A stretch of DNA of 64,000 bases from Longimicrobiales bacterium (GCA_965204735.1 OZ242008.1:3040001-3104000); one strand, 5' to 3'. Positions 9,541-19,262 are shown, numbered from the stretch's first letter. A program made the numbers and translations. The notes: generated from the sequence alone by a model not told the origin.

Positions 9541-10539
9541 TTGTACACCGCATGCATGTTCTGCAACAAGCCTCTGGGCGCCAACGAGGTCGTCGAGACG
9601 TTCCCCGTCGGACGGCGCCTGGCCTTCGACGCCGCGCGAGGGCGGCTGTGGGTCGTGTGCCGCAAGTGCGAGCGGTGGAACCTCTCGCCTCTGGAAGAGC
9701 GCTGGGAGGCCGTGGAGACCTGCGAGAAGCTCTTCCGGGACACGCGGGTGAGGGTCTCCAGCGAGAACATCGGCCTGGCGCGCCACCCCGAGGGACTGGA
9801 GCTGGTGAGGATCGGCAAGCCCCTGCGTCCCGAGTTCGCTGCGTGGCGCTACGGCGACCAGTTCGGTCGGCGCCGGCGGCGCTACATCGCCTTCGCGGTG
9901 GGCGGCGGCCTGGTGATCGGCGCCGTCGCCGTGGGAGGCGCGGTGACGGGCGTGGTCAGCGGGGCCGTGCTGGGCCAAGTGGGCAACTTGTGGAACGTGG
10001 TGGTGAACGGCCGCACGCTGGTGAAGCTGCGCACCGACGAGGGCGACCGGATCAAGCTCAAGCGTCCCGACCTTCTGGGCACCCGCATCCGGCCCGCCGA
10101 GGGCGAGCCCGGATTCAAGCTCCAGGTGCGCAAGAGGAAGCGGAAGCGATGGTTCGAAGGCGAGGAGGCCCAGCGATTCGCGGGAGCGATCCTCCCCCGC
10201 ATGAACGCGGGCGGCGGCAAGCAGCAGACGGTGCGGCAGGCAGTCTCCCAGATCGAGGACCAGGGCCACCCGGAGCGCTTCTTGCTGGACGTGGCCCAGG
10301 GAGACCGGTGGCAGGACAAGCGGGGCGTCCCGGGCTACGTGAACAAGATGCCCGTGCCCACGAAGCTGGCCTTGGAAATGGCGCTTCACGAAGAGCAGGA
10401 GCGCCGGGCGCTGGAGGGCGAGCTCTGGCTGCTGGAGCAGGCCTGGAAGGACGCCGAAGAGATCGCCGCCATCTCCGACGACCTCCTCCTTCCCGAGGGC
10501 GCGAGGGAGTTCGTCCGCGAGCGGCGGCCGGCCGACTAG
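9541..10539 (+). CDS. Hypothetical protein with N-terminal zinc ribbon (CxxC...CxxC) and a transmembrane segment
   Basis: TTG start; CMFC...CRKC; hydrophobic stretch; C-terminal LALEMALHEEQERRALEGEL..AEEIAAISD; good codon bias. Confidence 0.8.
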   Translation: MYTACMFCNKPLGANEVVETFPVGRRLAFDAARGRLWVVCRKCERWNLSPLEERWEAVETCEKLFRDTRVRVSSENIGLARHPEGLELVRIGKPLRPEFAAWRYGDQFGRRRRRYIAFAVGGGLVIGAVAVGGAVTGVVSGAVLGQVGNLWNVVVNGRTLVKLRTDEGDRIKLKRPDLLGTRIRPAEGEPGFKLQVRKRKRKRWFEGEEAQRFAGAILPRMNAGGGKQQTVRQAVSQIEDQGHPERFLLDVAQGDRWQDKRGVPGYVNKMPVPTKLALEMALHEEQERRALEGELWLLEQAWKDAEEIAAISDDLLLPEGAREFVRERRPAD

Positions 10540-11225
10540 GCGCGCTTCTCGCCGGGACGGACGCTTTCCGCCGCCGAGCGGATCGCGCGGACGCCGGCGG
10601 CGGCCCCGTCCGGGTGGCCGAAGACCGCCGAGCCCGCCACGAGCACCGTCGCCCCCGCCTTCACCAGGTCCGGCGCCGTCCTGGCGCTGACGCCTCCGTC
10701 CACCTGCACTTCGACCCGGCCCGGTCTGCGGGCGTCCACCAGAGCCCGGGCGCGAGCCACCTTGTCGCAGGAGGCCGGGATGAACGCTTGGCCGCCGAAG
10801 CCCGGGTTCACCGACATGATCACCAGCAGGTCCACCAGGTCCAGCACTTCCTCGACGGCGGAGAGGGGCGTGGAGGGGTTGAGGGCCACGCCGGCGCCCA
10901 CGCCCAGTCCGCGGACCAGGGAAAGGGTGCGGTGGAGGTGGGGCGACGCCTCGGCGTGGACCGACACGAAGTCCGCCCCGGCCTTGGCGAAGTCGGGCAC
11001 GTACCGGTCCGGGTCCTCGATCATCAGGTGCACGTCCACCGTCCGGGTCGCGACCCCCCGCACCGCCTCGGTCACCGCTGGCCCGACCGTGATGTTGGGC
11101 ACGAAGCGGCCGTCCATCACGTCCACGTGAATCCACTCGGCCCCGGCCTCCTCCACCGCCCTCACCTCCCGGCCCAGCTCGGCGAAGCGGCAGCTCAGGA
11201 TCGACGGGGCGATCTTCGCCCTCAC
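10536..11225 (-). CDS. rpe: Ribulose-phosphate 3-epimerase
   Basis: IAPSILS, HVDVMDGRFVPNIT, DVHLMI, MSVNPGFGGQ, VDGGV, VAGSAVF; GTG overlaps rpiA stop. Confidence 0.97.
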   Translation of the reverse strand: MRAKIAPSILSCRFAELGREVRAVEEAGAEWIHVDVMDGRFVPNITVGPAVTEAVRGVATRTVDVHLMIEDPDRYVPDFAKAGADFVSVHAEASPHLHRTLSLVRGLGVGAGVALNPSTPLSAVEEVLDLVDLLVIMSVNPGFGGQAFIPASCDKVARARALVDARRPGRVEVQVDGGVSARTAPDLVKAGATVLVAGSAVFGHPDGAAAGVRAIRSAAESVRPGEKRA

Positions 11226-11935
11226 GACGCCCCTCCGCCCCTGCGGATTCGGCGGACCCCGCCCGCCCCCGCGATCACGGCCTCGTCGGCCAGCCCCAGG
11301 AAGAGCCCGGACTCGACCACGCCGGCCCGGCGCGCCAGCCGCTCCTCCAGCCCGGCCGCGTCGTCGATCCCCCCGGGAAAGCGGCAGTCGATCACCACGT
11401 TCCCGTTGTCGGTGCGGCGGGGCCGGCCGTCGTCGCCCGTCCGCACCACCGGTTCGGCGCCGATCCGCCGGAGCCACGCCAGGTGCCACCCGAAGCCGAA
11501 CGGCGCCACCTCGACAGGCAGCGGCGCCCGCTCGCCCAGCCGCGCCACCAGCTTCTCCTCGCCGCCGATCACGATCATCCGGCGCGACGCCTGGGCCACC
11601 ATCTTCTCCCGCAGCAGCGCGCCCCCCAGTCCCTTCGTCAACTCCAGGCGCGGATCGATCTCGTCGGCGCCGTCCACCGTCAGGTCCAGCGTTCCCGCCT
11701 CTTCCAGCCCCGTCAGCGGAATGCCCAGGCCGCGGGCCGCTTCCTCCGTGGCCACCGACGTGGGCACGCCCGCCACGCCCGTCACCTCGCCGGCGGCGAT
11801 CCGCCGGGCCAGCGCGTCCAGGAAGCGGGCAGCCGTCGAGCCCGTCCCCAGTCCCAGGCGCATTCCCGATCGAACGCTTCGGGCCGCCTCCTCGCCCGCC
11901 GTTCGCTTGATTTCGTCGGCAGAGGGCTCGGGCAA
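11222..11935 (-). CDS. rpiA: Ribose-5-phosphate isomerase A
   Basis: LGLGTGST, VPTS, DGADEID, KGLGGALLREK, LPVEV, TDNGN, GVVESGLF. Confidence 0.97.
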   Translation of the reverse strand: MPEPSADEIKRTAGEEAARSVRSGMRLGLGTGSTAARFLDALARRIAAGEVTGVAGVPTSVATEEAARGLGIPLTGLEEAGTLDLTVDGADEIDPRLELTKGLGGALLREKMVAQASRRMIVIGGEEKLVARLGERAPLPVEVAPFGFGWHLAWLRRIGAEPVVRTGDDGRPRRTDNGNVVIDCRFPGGIDDAAGLEERLARRAGVVESGLFLGLADEAVIAGAGGVRRIRRGGGAS

Positions 11936-12235
11936 TGTCGCCTCTCGGCGGCGGGGGCAGTCGTCGGACTCGGGCGCGGACCTTCGGGGGCCGATCGTCG
12001 GGAATTCTACCTCCGCGCCGACGCGTCCGCCAACCCGGGGGACCCGCGCCGGCCAGAGACCCGGCGCCTTTACCTTCGCGGCGAAATCGCCATCTTCCGT
12101 TCCCTCGCTGGACCGCTCCTGCACGCCGGGCCGCGCCTGCCCGCTGGACTGCGCTCGCCCGCCATGCCCCGCCCTTCCCGCCCACAGGCTTCGCCGCCCG
12201 CGCCGCGCTCCTCGGACGCGACCAGGACCCTCGCC

Positions 12236-13294
12236 GTGATCATCGTCGCCAAGAAGGACGTCACCGCCGACCAGCTCGACCACATACGCGAGCGCGTGGA
12301 GGCGACCGGCCTTCGCACCCACGTCTCCAAGGGCGAAAGCCGCACGATCATCGGCTGCATCGGCGACGAGGCCCGGCTTTCGCACGTCCCGCTGCTCTCG
12401 ATCCCCGGCGTGCGCTCCGTGCATCCGGTGATGCGCCCCTACAAGCTGGCGGCCCGGGCGTTCTCCGCCGACCGAACGACCAAGGTGCGGGTGGGCGAGT
12501 GCGCTTTCGGCGGCAGCGCGTGTCTCGTGGCGGCGGGCCCCTGCTCGGTGGAAGACGAGGAGATGATGCGCCGGACTGGGCGCGCCGTGGCCGGCTCCGG
12601 AGCCGCGCTGCTCCGTGGCGGCGCCTTCAAGCCCCGGACGTCGCCCTACTCCTTCCACGGCCTCAAGGAAGAGGGGCTGCGCATCCTGGCCCGCGCCAGA
12701 GACGAGACGGGTCTGCCGGTGGTCACCGAGGTGCTGGACCCGCGCCACGCCGAAGTGGTGGCCGGCTACGTGGACATGCTTCAGATCGGAACCCGCAACA
12801 TGCAGAACTTCGCCCTCCTGCAAGAGGTGGGGCAGCTCCAGCGACCGGTTCTCCTGAAGCGCGGCATGGCCGCATCGCTGAAGGACCTTCTGCTGGCCGC
12901 GGAGTACGTCATGAGCCGGGGCAACATGCAGGTCGTCCTCTGCGAACGCGGCATCCGCACCTTCGGCGCCGAGACCCGCAACACCTTCGACTTGGCCGCC
13001 ATCCCCTGGCTCAAGCTGGAGACGCACTTGCCGGTCGTCGCGGACCCCTCCCACGCCGGCGGGCGGCGGGACCTGGTGGCGCCCCTGAGCTTCGCGGCCG
13101 TGGCGGCAGGGGCGGACGGGCTGGTCGTCGAGGTCCACCCGGACCCGGAAACGGCCCTCTCCGACGGAGAGCAGTCGCTGACGTTCGCCGAGTTCGACGG
13201 GATGATGGGCGACCTGGAGGCGTTCGCCCACGCGGCCGGGCGAACCCTGTCGCGACGGGACGGCGCCAGGCAGGACGAGGCTTCCCGGCAGTGA
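12236..13294 (+). CDS. aroF: DAHP synthase type I-beta with N-terminal regulatory domain
   Basis: AGPCSVE, RGGAFKPRTSPYSF, QIGTRNMQNF, LLKRG, LCERGIRTF, ADPSH, EVHPDP..ALSDG. Confidence 0.95.
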   Translation: MIIVAKKDVTADQLDHIRERVEATGLRTHVSKGESRTIIGCIGDEARLSHVPLLSIPGVRSVHPVMRPYKLAARAFSADRTTKVRVGECAFGGSACLVAAGPCSVEDEEMMRRTGRAVAGSGAALLRGGAFKPRTSPYSFHGLKEEGLRILARARDETGLPVVTEVLDPRHAEVVAGYVDMLQIGTRNMQNFALLQEVGQLQRPVLLKRGMAASLKDLLLAAEYVMSRGNMQVVLCERGIRTFGAETRNTFDLAAIPWLKLETHLPVVADPSHAGGRRDLVAPLSFAAVAAGADGLVVEVHPDPETALSDGEQSLTFAEFDGMMGDLEAFAHAAGRTLSRRDGARQDEASRQ

Positions 13295-14412
13295 ACGTGC
13301 CCCTGCTGGACCTGAAGCCCCAATACGCGGCCGTCAAGGACGAGATCGACGCCGCAATCGCCGGCGTGGTCGACTCCCAGCGCTTCGTCCTGGGTCCCGT
13401 CGTGGAAGCTTGCGAGGAAGCCGTCGCCGCGTACTGCGGCTGCGACCACGGCGTCGGCGTCTCCTCGGGCACCGACGCCCTTCTCCTGGCCCTCATGGCG
13501 GAAGGGATCGGACCCGGCGACGAGGTGGTCGTCACGCCGTTCACCTTCTTCGCCACCGCGGGCGCCGTCGCCCGCGTGGGGGCCAGGCCCGTCTTCGCGG
13601 ACATCGACCCGTCCACCTTCAACATCGACCCCTCGCAGATCGAGGCGAAGGTCACGCGCCGGACCCGGGCGGTGATCCCCGTCCACCTCTTCGGCCAGAT
13701 GGCGGAGATGGGCCCGATCATGGAGGTCGCCGAGCGTCGCGGTCTCGTCGTCGTCGAAGACGCGACCCAGGCGATCGGCGCGGAGCGGAACGGACGGCGC
13801 GCGGGATCGGTCGGCCACTACGGCTGCTTCTCGTTCTTCCCGACCAAGAACCTGGGCGCCTTCGGCGACGGAGGCATGATCACGACCAGCGACCCGGCCC
13901 GGCGCTCGGCGCTCAAGGCTCTCCGAGTCCACGGCGAGCACCGCAGGTACCACCACAGGACCGTCGGCGGGAACTTTCGGCTGGACGCCCTGCAGGCGGC
14001 GGTCGTCTTGGCCAAGCTGCCGCACCTGGACGGCTGGACCGAGGCCCGAAGGCGCAACGCCGCCCTCTATCGCCGCTTGGTGGGCGAGGCTCCCGAAGAG
14101 GCCCGCGCCCGCATTGCGCTGCCCCGCGAGGCGCCCGGCCGGCACGTCTACAACCAGTTCGTGGTGCAGGTGCCCCGCCGCGACCTGGTGAAGGAGCGGC
14201 TCGCCGTCGCGGGCGTGGGCTCGGGCGTGTACTACCCCGTTCCCCTTCACCTGCAGGAGTGCTTCGCCGACCTGGGCCACGAGCCGGGAGACCTGCCCGC
14301 CAGCGAGAGGGCGGCCGCGGAAGTTCTCGCGCTGCCCGTCTTCCCCGAGCTGTCGGACGCCGCGGTCGCCCACGTCGCCGACGCCCTGGCCGACGCCGTG
14401 TTGACTTCCTGA
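13291..14412 (+). CDS. DegT/DnrJ/EryC1/StrS family PLP-dependent aminotransferase
   Basis: GTGA overlap; VPLLDL, SSGTDAL, PVHLFGQ, EDATQAIGA, FSFFPTKNLG (PLP Lys), NFRLDALQA, VYYPVPLH. Confidence 0.95.
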   Translation: MNVPLLDLKPQYAAVKDEIDAAIAGVVDSQRFVLGPVVEACEEAVAAYCGCDHGVGVSSGTDALLLALMAEGIGPGDEVVVTPFTFFATAGAVARVGARPVFADIDPSTFNIDPSQIEAKVTRRTRAVIPVHLFGQMAEMGPIMEVAERRGLVVVEDATQAIGAERNGRRAGSVGHYGCFSFFPTKNLGAFGDGGMITTSDPARRSALKALRVHGEHRRYHHRTVGGNFRLDALQAAVVLAKLPHLDGWTEARRRNAALYRRLVGEAPEEARARIALPREAPGRHVYNQFVVQVPRRDLVKERLAVAGVGSGVYYPVPLHLQECFADLGHEPGDLPASERAAAEVLALPVFPELSDAAVAHVADALADAVLTS

Positions 14413-14497
14413 CCGGGCCCGGCTCAACTTCGGGGACTGCGGTCCAGCGCATGGTCCAGCCCGGCGCGCGTGCAGACAAAGGCAAGGGAAGAGCCAA

Positions 14498-14884
14498 GTG
14501 AAGGGACAGAGCAGAAAGCAGCTGATCGTGGTGGGCGACCGGGTGCTGATCGAACCCGAGGAGGGCGAGGAACGGACCAAGGTCGGCCTCTACCTTCCGG
14601 CGTCGGCAGTGGACAAGCAGTCGGTTCAAGGGGGACGGGTCCTGGCCACGGGTCCGGGAACGCCGATCGGGGCGCCCGCCGACCTGGACGACGAGCCGTG
14701 GAAGATCGGCTCCGGCGAAGCCCGGTACCTGCCGGTGCAGGCCCAGGCCGGCGACTTTGCGATCTTCTTCCGGAAGGCCGCGGTCGAGATCAGCTTCGAG
14801 GGAACGCGGTACTTGGTGGTTCCCCAGGCCGCGATCCTGACCCTGGTGCGGGAGACGGAGACCGGCCCCGAGCCGCTCTTCTAG
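14498..14884 (+). CDS. Stand-alone GroES/Cpn10 family co-chaperone
   Basis: GDRVLI, RTKVGLYLP, GRVLATGPG, GD.AIF, YLVV..AIL; no groEL adjacent. Confidence 0.85.
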   Translation: MKGQSRKQLIVVGDRVLIEPEEGEERTKVGLYLPASAVDKQSVQGGRVLATGPGTPIGAPADLDDEPWKIGSGEARYLPVQAQAGDFAIFFRKAAVEISFEGTRYLVVPQAAILTLVRETETGPEPLF

Positions 14885-15077
14885 CCGACGGACACTCCGC
14901 AACCGGGGGGCGCCGCATCTGGCGGAGAGCGATCCGGCGGCGGGTCCCTTGGCGAGCTGCTTCGCCGGAAACGCCCCTTTGCGAGGTTGTGCGGCCGCCG
15001 CCGAATTCGTAGTATTCTTGGTCCAAAATGTCACTTGCCCTTACTGACACTGACCAGCCAGCTAGGAGAGCGACTCC

Positions 15078-16172
15078 ATGCGGCCCATGTTGAAGCGGCT
15101 GACGATCAACGGCTTCCGCTCCATTCGCCAGACTGCCTTGGACCTGCGCGACCTCAACGTCCTGGTCGGTCCCAACGGCGTCGGCAAGAGCAGCCTCGTC
15201 GCTTGCTTCCGGCTCCTGAACGAGATGATGGGTCGGCGTCTTCAGCAATACCTGCACGCGACCGGTCGCGCCGGGACCAACCTCCACTACGGCCCGGAGC
15301 AAGTCCCCCAGATGGAGCTGGAGCTGCACTTCGAGGTGGAGAACGGCACCGACACCTACGTCTTGAAGCTGGCGCGCGTCGCCGGAGACACGATGATGTT
15401 CTCCGAGGAGACGCTGATCTTCCATCAGACGGGCTACCCCAGCCCGAAGGTGGTGGAGCTGGGCGGAGGCCACCCCGAGACGCGGGTCGGACAAAAGGCC
15501 GAAGAAGGCGACATCACCGCCAAGACGATCCGCTACCTGCTCAACCGATGCCGGGTCTTCAACTTTCACGACATGTCCCCAGGGGCCCGCGTTCGCCAGC
15601 GATGCTTCGCGGGCGACAACCGCTGGATCATGCCGGACGCCGCGAATCTGCCGGCCGTCCTCTACCGGCTGAAGCAGGAGCGGTTGCCCGTCTACGAGCG
15701 GATCGTGGCGCAGACGCGCCGGCTCGCGCCCTTCTTCGACGACTTCGAGCTGGCGCCCAGCGAGTCCCGGGACATCCACCTCAACTGGCGGCACCGCGAC
15801 TCGGGAACGCTCTTCGGCCCGCAGCAGTTCTCCGACGGCACGCTGCGGGCGATCTGCCTGGTGAGCCTGCTCCTCCAGCCGCGCGATTCGATGCCGCTCC
15901 TCATGGTGCTGGACGAGCCCGAGATGGGACTGCACCCCCAGGCGCTGGACGTGGTGGCGTCCCTCTTCCGGCAAGCTCGGCAGCACGCCCAGATCATCGC
16001 GACCACGCACTCCTCGACGTTTCTGGACTCGTTCGAACCGGAGGACGTGCTGATCGTGGAGCGACGAAACGGCGCGACCAGCTTCCACCGCCACGGCGGC
16101 CCCGCCCTCGACGCCTGGGTGGACGAGTACTCCATGGGCGAAGACGCGGACGCGGACGACGACGGGCCGTAG
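15078..16172 (+). CDS. AAA_21/ABC-type ATPase (RecF/SMC/AbiEii-like)
   Basis: LTINGFRSI, Walker A GPNGVGKS, signature FSDGT, Walker B LMVLDEPEMGLHP, TTHS. Confidence 0.9.
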   Translation: MRPMLKRLTINGFRSIRQTALDLRDLNVLVGPNGVGKSSLVACFRLLNEMMGRRLQQYLHATGRAGTNLHYGPEQVPQMELELHFEVENGTDTYVLKLARVAGDTMMFSEETLIFHQTGYPSPKVVELGGGHPETRVGQKAEEGDITAKTIRYLLNRCRVFNFHDMSPGARVRQRCFAGDNRWIMPDAANLPAVLYRLKQERLPVYERIVAQTRRLAPFFDDFELAPSESRDIHLNWRHRDSGTLFGPQQFSDGTLRAICLVSLLLQPRDSMPLLMVLDEPEMGLHPQALDVVASLFRQARQHAQIIATTHSSTFLDSFEPEDVLIVERRNGATSFHRHGGPALDAWVDEYSMGEDADADDDGP

Positions 16173-16296
16173 CCGCTCCCGCCGGGCAGATCCTCCGGGC
16201 CGCCCGCCTGCGAACCGAGGCGCCCGCGCGCTTCGAGAACGCCGCCCAGACGTCGCGCGCTCCCCCTTCGGACCGTTCCTGGCGGCCCAGGGCTTC

Positions 16297-17358
16297 GTGG
16301 CGCTGGACGGAGGGCTTGCGAGCGAGCTGGAGCGCGCCGGCCACGACCTGAACGATCCTCTCTGGTCCGCCAAGGTCCTGCTGGAGGCGCCGGAGGCGGT
16401 GCTGGCCGTGCACCGGGCGTTCTTGGAGGCGGGGGCCGACTGCATCGTGACGGCCACCTACCAAGCCACCTTCCAGGGCTTCGCCGAACGGGGCCTTGGA
16501 GAGGCCGATGCGGAAGCCGCGTTCGGGCGCGGGGTGGAGTTGGCCGTTCGCGCGCGGGACCACTTCTGGGCGCGGGCCCGCCGTCGGTCGCGGCTGCGGC
16601 GGTTGCGGCCCTTGGTCGCAGCGGGAGTGGGACCCTACGGCGCCTCCTTGGCCGACGGCAGCGAGTATCGGGGCGACTACGGGATCGGCGCGGAGGCGCT
16701 GGAGTCCTTTCATCGGCGGCGTTGGCGAACGCTGGCTCGCAGCGCGGCGGACCTGATCGCGTGCGAGACGATCCCCACCTTGGCCGAGGTGCGGGCGCTG
16801 GCCCGCTTGGCCGACGAGTTCCGGAAGCCGGCGTGGATCAGCTTCAGCTGCCCGGACCGCGGCCGGCTGGCGGACGGCACGGAGCTGGAGGAAGCGGTCG
16901 CGGTCGCGGCCGCGGCGCCGGGTGTGTTCGCGATGGGGGTCAACTGCACCGCGCCGGGCAATGCGACCGAGCTGGTGGCCGCGATCGCGGCGGGGACGGA
17001 GAAGGCCGTGGTCGCATACCCCAACGCCGGGGGCAAGTGGGACCCGAAGGCGAAGCGGTGGGGCGCCGCCGAAGTGGGCGCGGGCGAGCCGGAGACGGGC
17101 GCGGAGGGCGGGGAGGCGGGCACAGGCGAACCGGCGGGCGCCGGCGCGTCGGGGGGTACGGGCGAGTCGGCAGGCGCCGGCGCGTCGGCAGGCACGGACG
17201 AGTCGGCGGATCAAGCTCGCGGCCGCTTGGACTGGGCGACGGCGTGCCTGGAGTGGCGTGCCGCCGGCGCCGACGCCGTGGGGGGCTGCTGTCGGGTGGG
17301 CCCGGCCGCGATCCGTCGGATGCGAAGGGCGTTGGAGGCCCGGCGCCGCGCCGAGTGA
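16297..17358 (+). CDS. mmuM: Homocysteine S-methyltransferase
   Basis: LDGGLASEL, PLWSA, TATYQA, GPYGASLADGSEY.GDY, ACETIP, GVNCT, YPNAG, VGGCCRVGP; start uncertain. Confidence 0.93.
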   Translation: MALDGGLASELERAGHDLNDPLWSAKVLLEAPEAVLAVHRAFLEAGADCIVTATYQATFQGFAERGLGEADAEAAFGRGVELAVRARDHFWARARRRSRLRRLRPLVAAGVGPYGASLADGSEYRGDYGIGAEALESFHRRRWRTLARSAADLIACETIPTLAEVRALARLADEFRKPAWISFSCPDRGRLADGTELEEAVAVAAAAPGVFAMGVNCTAPGNATELVAAIAAGTEKAVVAYPNAGGKWDPKAKRWGAAEVGAGEPETGAEGGEAGTGEPAGAGASGGTGESAGAGASAGTDESADQARGRLDWATACLEWRAAGADAVGGCCRVGPAAIRRMRRALEARRRAE

Positions 17359-17375
17359 CGGGTCTTGGGCCGAGT

Positions 17376-17523
17376 GACGGGCCCTGGCGCGCGCGCAAGC
17401 GGCCAAGACCTGAGCCAGCGGGCGGCTGCTGGTCCTGACGGGCCCTGGCGCGCGCAAGCGGCCAGCGAGTTGTGGCCCGGCGGCTCCGCGAACCGGACGG
17501 GCCCTGGCGCGCGCGCAAGCGGC
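17376..17523. repeat. Three direct repeats GACGGGCCCTGGCGCGC(GC)GCAAGCGGC separated by two unique 33-nt spacers
   Basis: Copies at 17376-17403, 17437-17462 (one GC shorter) and 17496-17523. Confidence 0.85.
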
Positions 17524-17607
17524 GGTTGCGGCGGTGGCCTTCGTCGGCCGGCCGGCGGCTCCTCCACTTCCCGTTTCGGCGCCCGGGGGATACCTTCCAA
17601 CGCCACT

Positions 17608-17681
17608 CGGGACGTGGCGCAGTCCGGTAGCGCACCTGAATGGGGTTCAGGGGGTCGCCGGTTCGAATCCGGCCGTCCCGA
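17608..17681 (+). tRNA. tRNA-Pro (GGG)
   Basis: CGGGACG/CGTCCCG acceptor stem, TGGCGCAGTCCGGTAGCGC D arm, CCTGA-ATGGGGT-TCAGG anticodon arm, GGTTCGAATCC T loop; CCA not encoded. Confidence 0.96.
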
Positions 17682-17716
17682 CTATGGCGTCCCCGACGCC
17701 TCCGGTCCTTCCGTTC

Positions 17717-19021
17717 CTACCGCAGCTCCTCCGGAATCCGCTTCACCACGACGGTAGGCACGTCGAACGCGTCGATCTCGACGAACGCGGCCAGACCGTC
17801 CGGTCCCAGGGCAAGGGGCATGTCCATGGCGTCCTGGGCGAACGTTCCCAGGTACTCGCCGGCGGTCGTCAGCACGTCTATGGGTCCCGGGGCGTCGTCT
17901 TCCCACGGCTCGTCGCCCGAGCGCGCGACCCAGATCGAGCGCTCCCACCCGGCCTTGAGCTCGGTCACGACCGGCGCTTCGTGATAGAAGCGCATCTGCG
18001 CAAGCTGCTGCTCCATGAACGGTCCCAGCATCGCCTGCATCTCGGCCAGGTCCTCGTTTTCCTCGATCTGACGGCGGAACGCTTCCTTCGCGGAAGCGCG
18101 CATCTCGCTGGTGACTTGGCGGGGCGCGAAAGGGCGACGCAGCACCCGCGCGATCCGGCCGGCGCCGTCGGCAACCTTGATCGCGTAGGCCGACGAATCC
18201 GAGACGGCGAAGATGCCGCCGGGCAGCGCGTCGTAGTGGACCTCGGGCTCGAACGCCCGCACTCCGCCGCCGAAGGCCATGGTGAACCCCCCGACGTTCA
18301 TCTCGGCGTCCTCGTCCGGCTCGGGCGCCCAGGCGACGAGCAAGGTGTCGATCTCCACCTCGTCGCCTTCGAGGCCGATGCGCTCGATCGCTCGTCCGCG
18401 CAGCTCGGCGGTCGCTTGCCCCGATTCGATTTCGGACACGTCCAAGCTCATCACGTTCAGCGAGATCAAGACGGGCTCGGTTCGGTCTCCTCGGGCGCTC
18501 CGCCCCATGTTCGCCATGGCGGCCATGACGCCGCTCCCGCCGCCCAGCCTCACCATCCCTTCGAACGCTCCTTCGGCGCTGAAGAGTTGGTAGGCGTTGT
18601 GCTGGCCGTCGAAGGCTGCGACTCGCCCGTCCGCAAGGACTGCAAAGTGGGTGAGCATCGTGAACTCGCCAGGTCCTTCGCCCTGTCCCCCGACCTCGCG
18701 CACGGACCCGCCGCCGGCCTCGACGGCCAGGAGCCTTGTCGTCTCGGCGATGTCCAGCAAGTACAGCACGCCGTCGCGATCGAACTCGCCTCTCACGATC
18801 CTGCTGAACAGGGTGCCCGAGTCCACGCGGTACGCCTCCTCGAAGGAGTCGGGCGACAGCAGGCGGTCCTCCGCCGGAAGGTCGACGATCTCCTGGGCCT
18901 CGAGGACGCCGGTCCAGGCCCAGGGGAGCGACGGCGGGGCAACGGGGCTCGCCAGGACGCAGGCGCAGGCGCAGGCGAGAACGAAGGCGACGGAAGGCGG
19001 CTTGGGAGAGGGGAAAGTCAT
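17717..19021 (-). CDS. Secreted 6-bladed beta-propeller (NHL-like) protein
   Basis: Signal peptide; GGQGEGPGEF, DGRVAAFD, AVSDSSAYAIKV, IWV, IDVLTTAGEYLGT. Confidence 0.8.
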   Translation of the reverse strand: MTFPSPKPPSVAFVLACACACVLASPVAPPSLPWAWTGVLEAQEIVDLPAEDRLLSPDSFEEAYRVDSGTLFSRIVRGEFDRDGVLYLLDIAETTRLLAVEAGGGSVREVGGQGEGPGEFTMLTHFAVLADGRVAAFDGQHNAYQLFSAEGAFEGMVRLGGGSGVMAAMANMGRSARGDRTEPVLISLNVMSLDVSEIESGQATAELRGRAIERIGLEGDEVEIDTLLVAWAPEPDEDAEMNVGGFTMAFGGGVRAFEPEVHYDALPGGIFAVSDSSAYAIKVADGAGRIARVLRRPFAPRQVTSEMRASAKEAFRRQIEENEDLAEMQAMLGPFMEQQLAQMRFYHEAPVVTELKAGWERSIWVARSGDEPWEDDAPGPIDVLTTAGEYLGTFAQDAMDMPLALGPDGLAAFVEIDAFDVPTVVVKRIPEELR

Positions 19022-19262
19022 CGGCGTGTTCCTTGGTGGGGCGTGGTCGGGGGAAGAAGCCGGCTGGAGCGGAAGCGAGGGCAGGCGCCCTAGTCGGCTT
19101 CGCGAACGGCGGCATCCTAACACCAAGGGCATCAAGGTGCGATCATCGCGGTGGGCGGCAAACGCAACCTCCCCGACCCCGACCGGCAGCGCCGGCGACA
19201 AGCACTTGTACAGGCGATCGGACGCACTGGCGCGACCGCGGTGCGCGATCCATAATGCGCTT

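Noticed and set aside
12236..14412. aroF plus DegT-family gene as an aminoshikimate/AHBA pathway
   Set aside because: The synthase is an ordinary type I-beta enzyme, the aminotransferase looks like a nucleotide-sugar type, and no kinase, phosphatase, oxidoreductase or PKS genes are present
17376..17523. Bona fide CRISPR array
   Set aside because: Only three repeats, unequal length, no cas genes, no AT-rich leader; kept as an unexplained repeat
17608..17716. tRNA-Pro (or tRNA-Lys at 44920-44992) as an island integration site
   Set aside because: No integrase and no duplicated tRNA 3' end seen in the window
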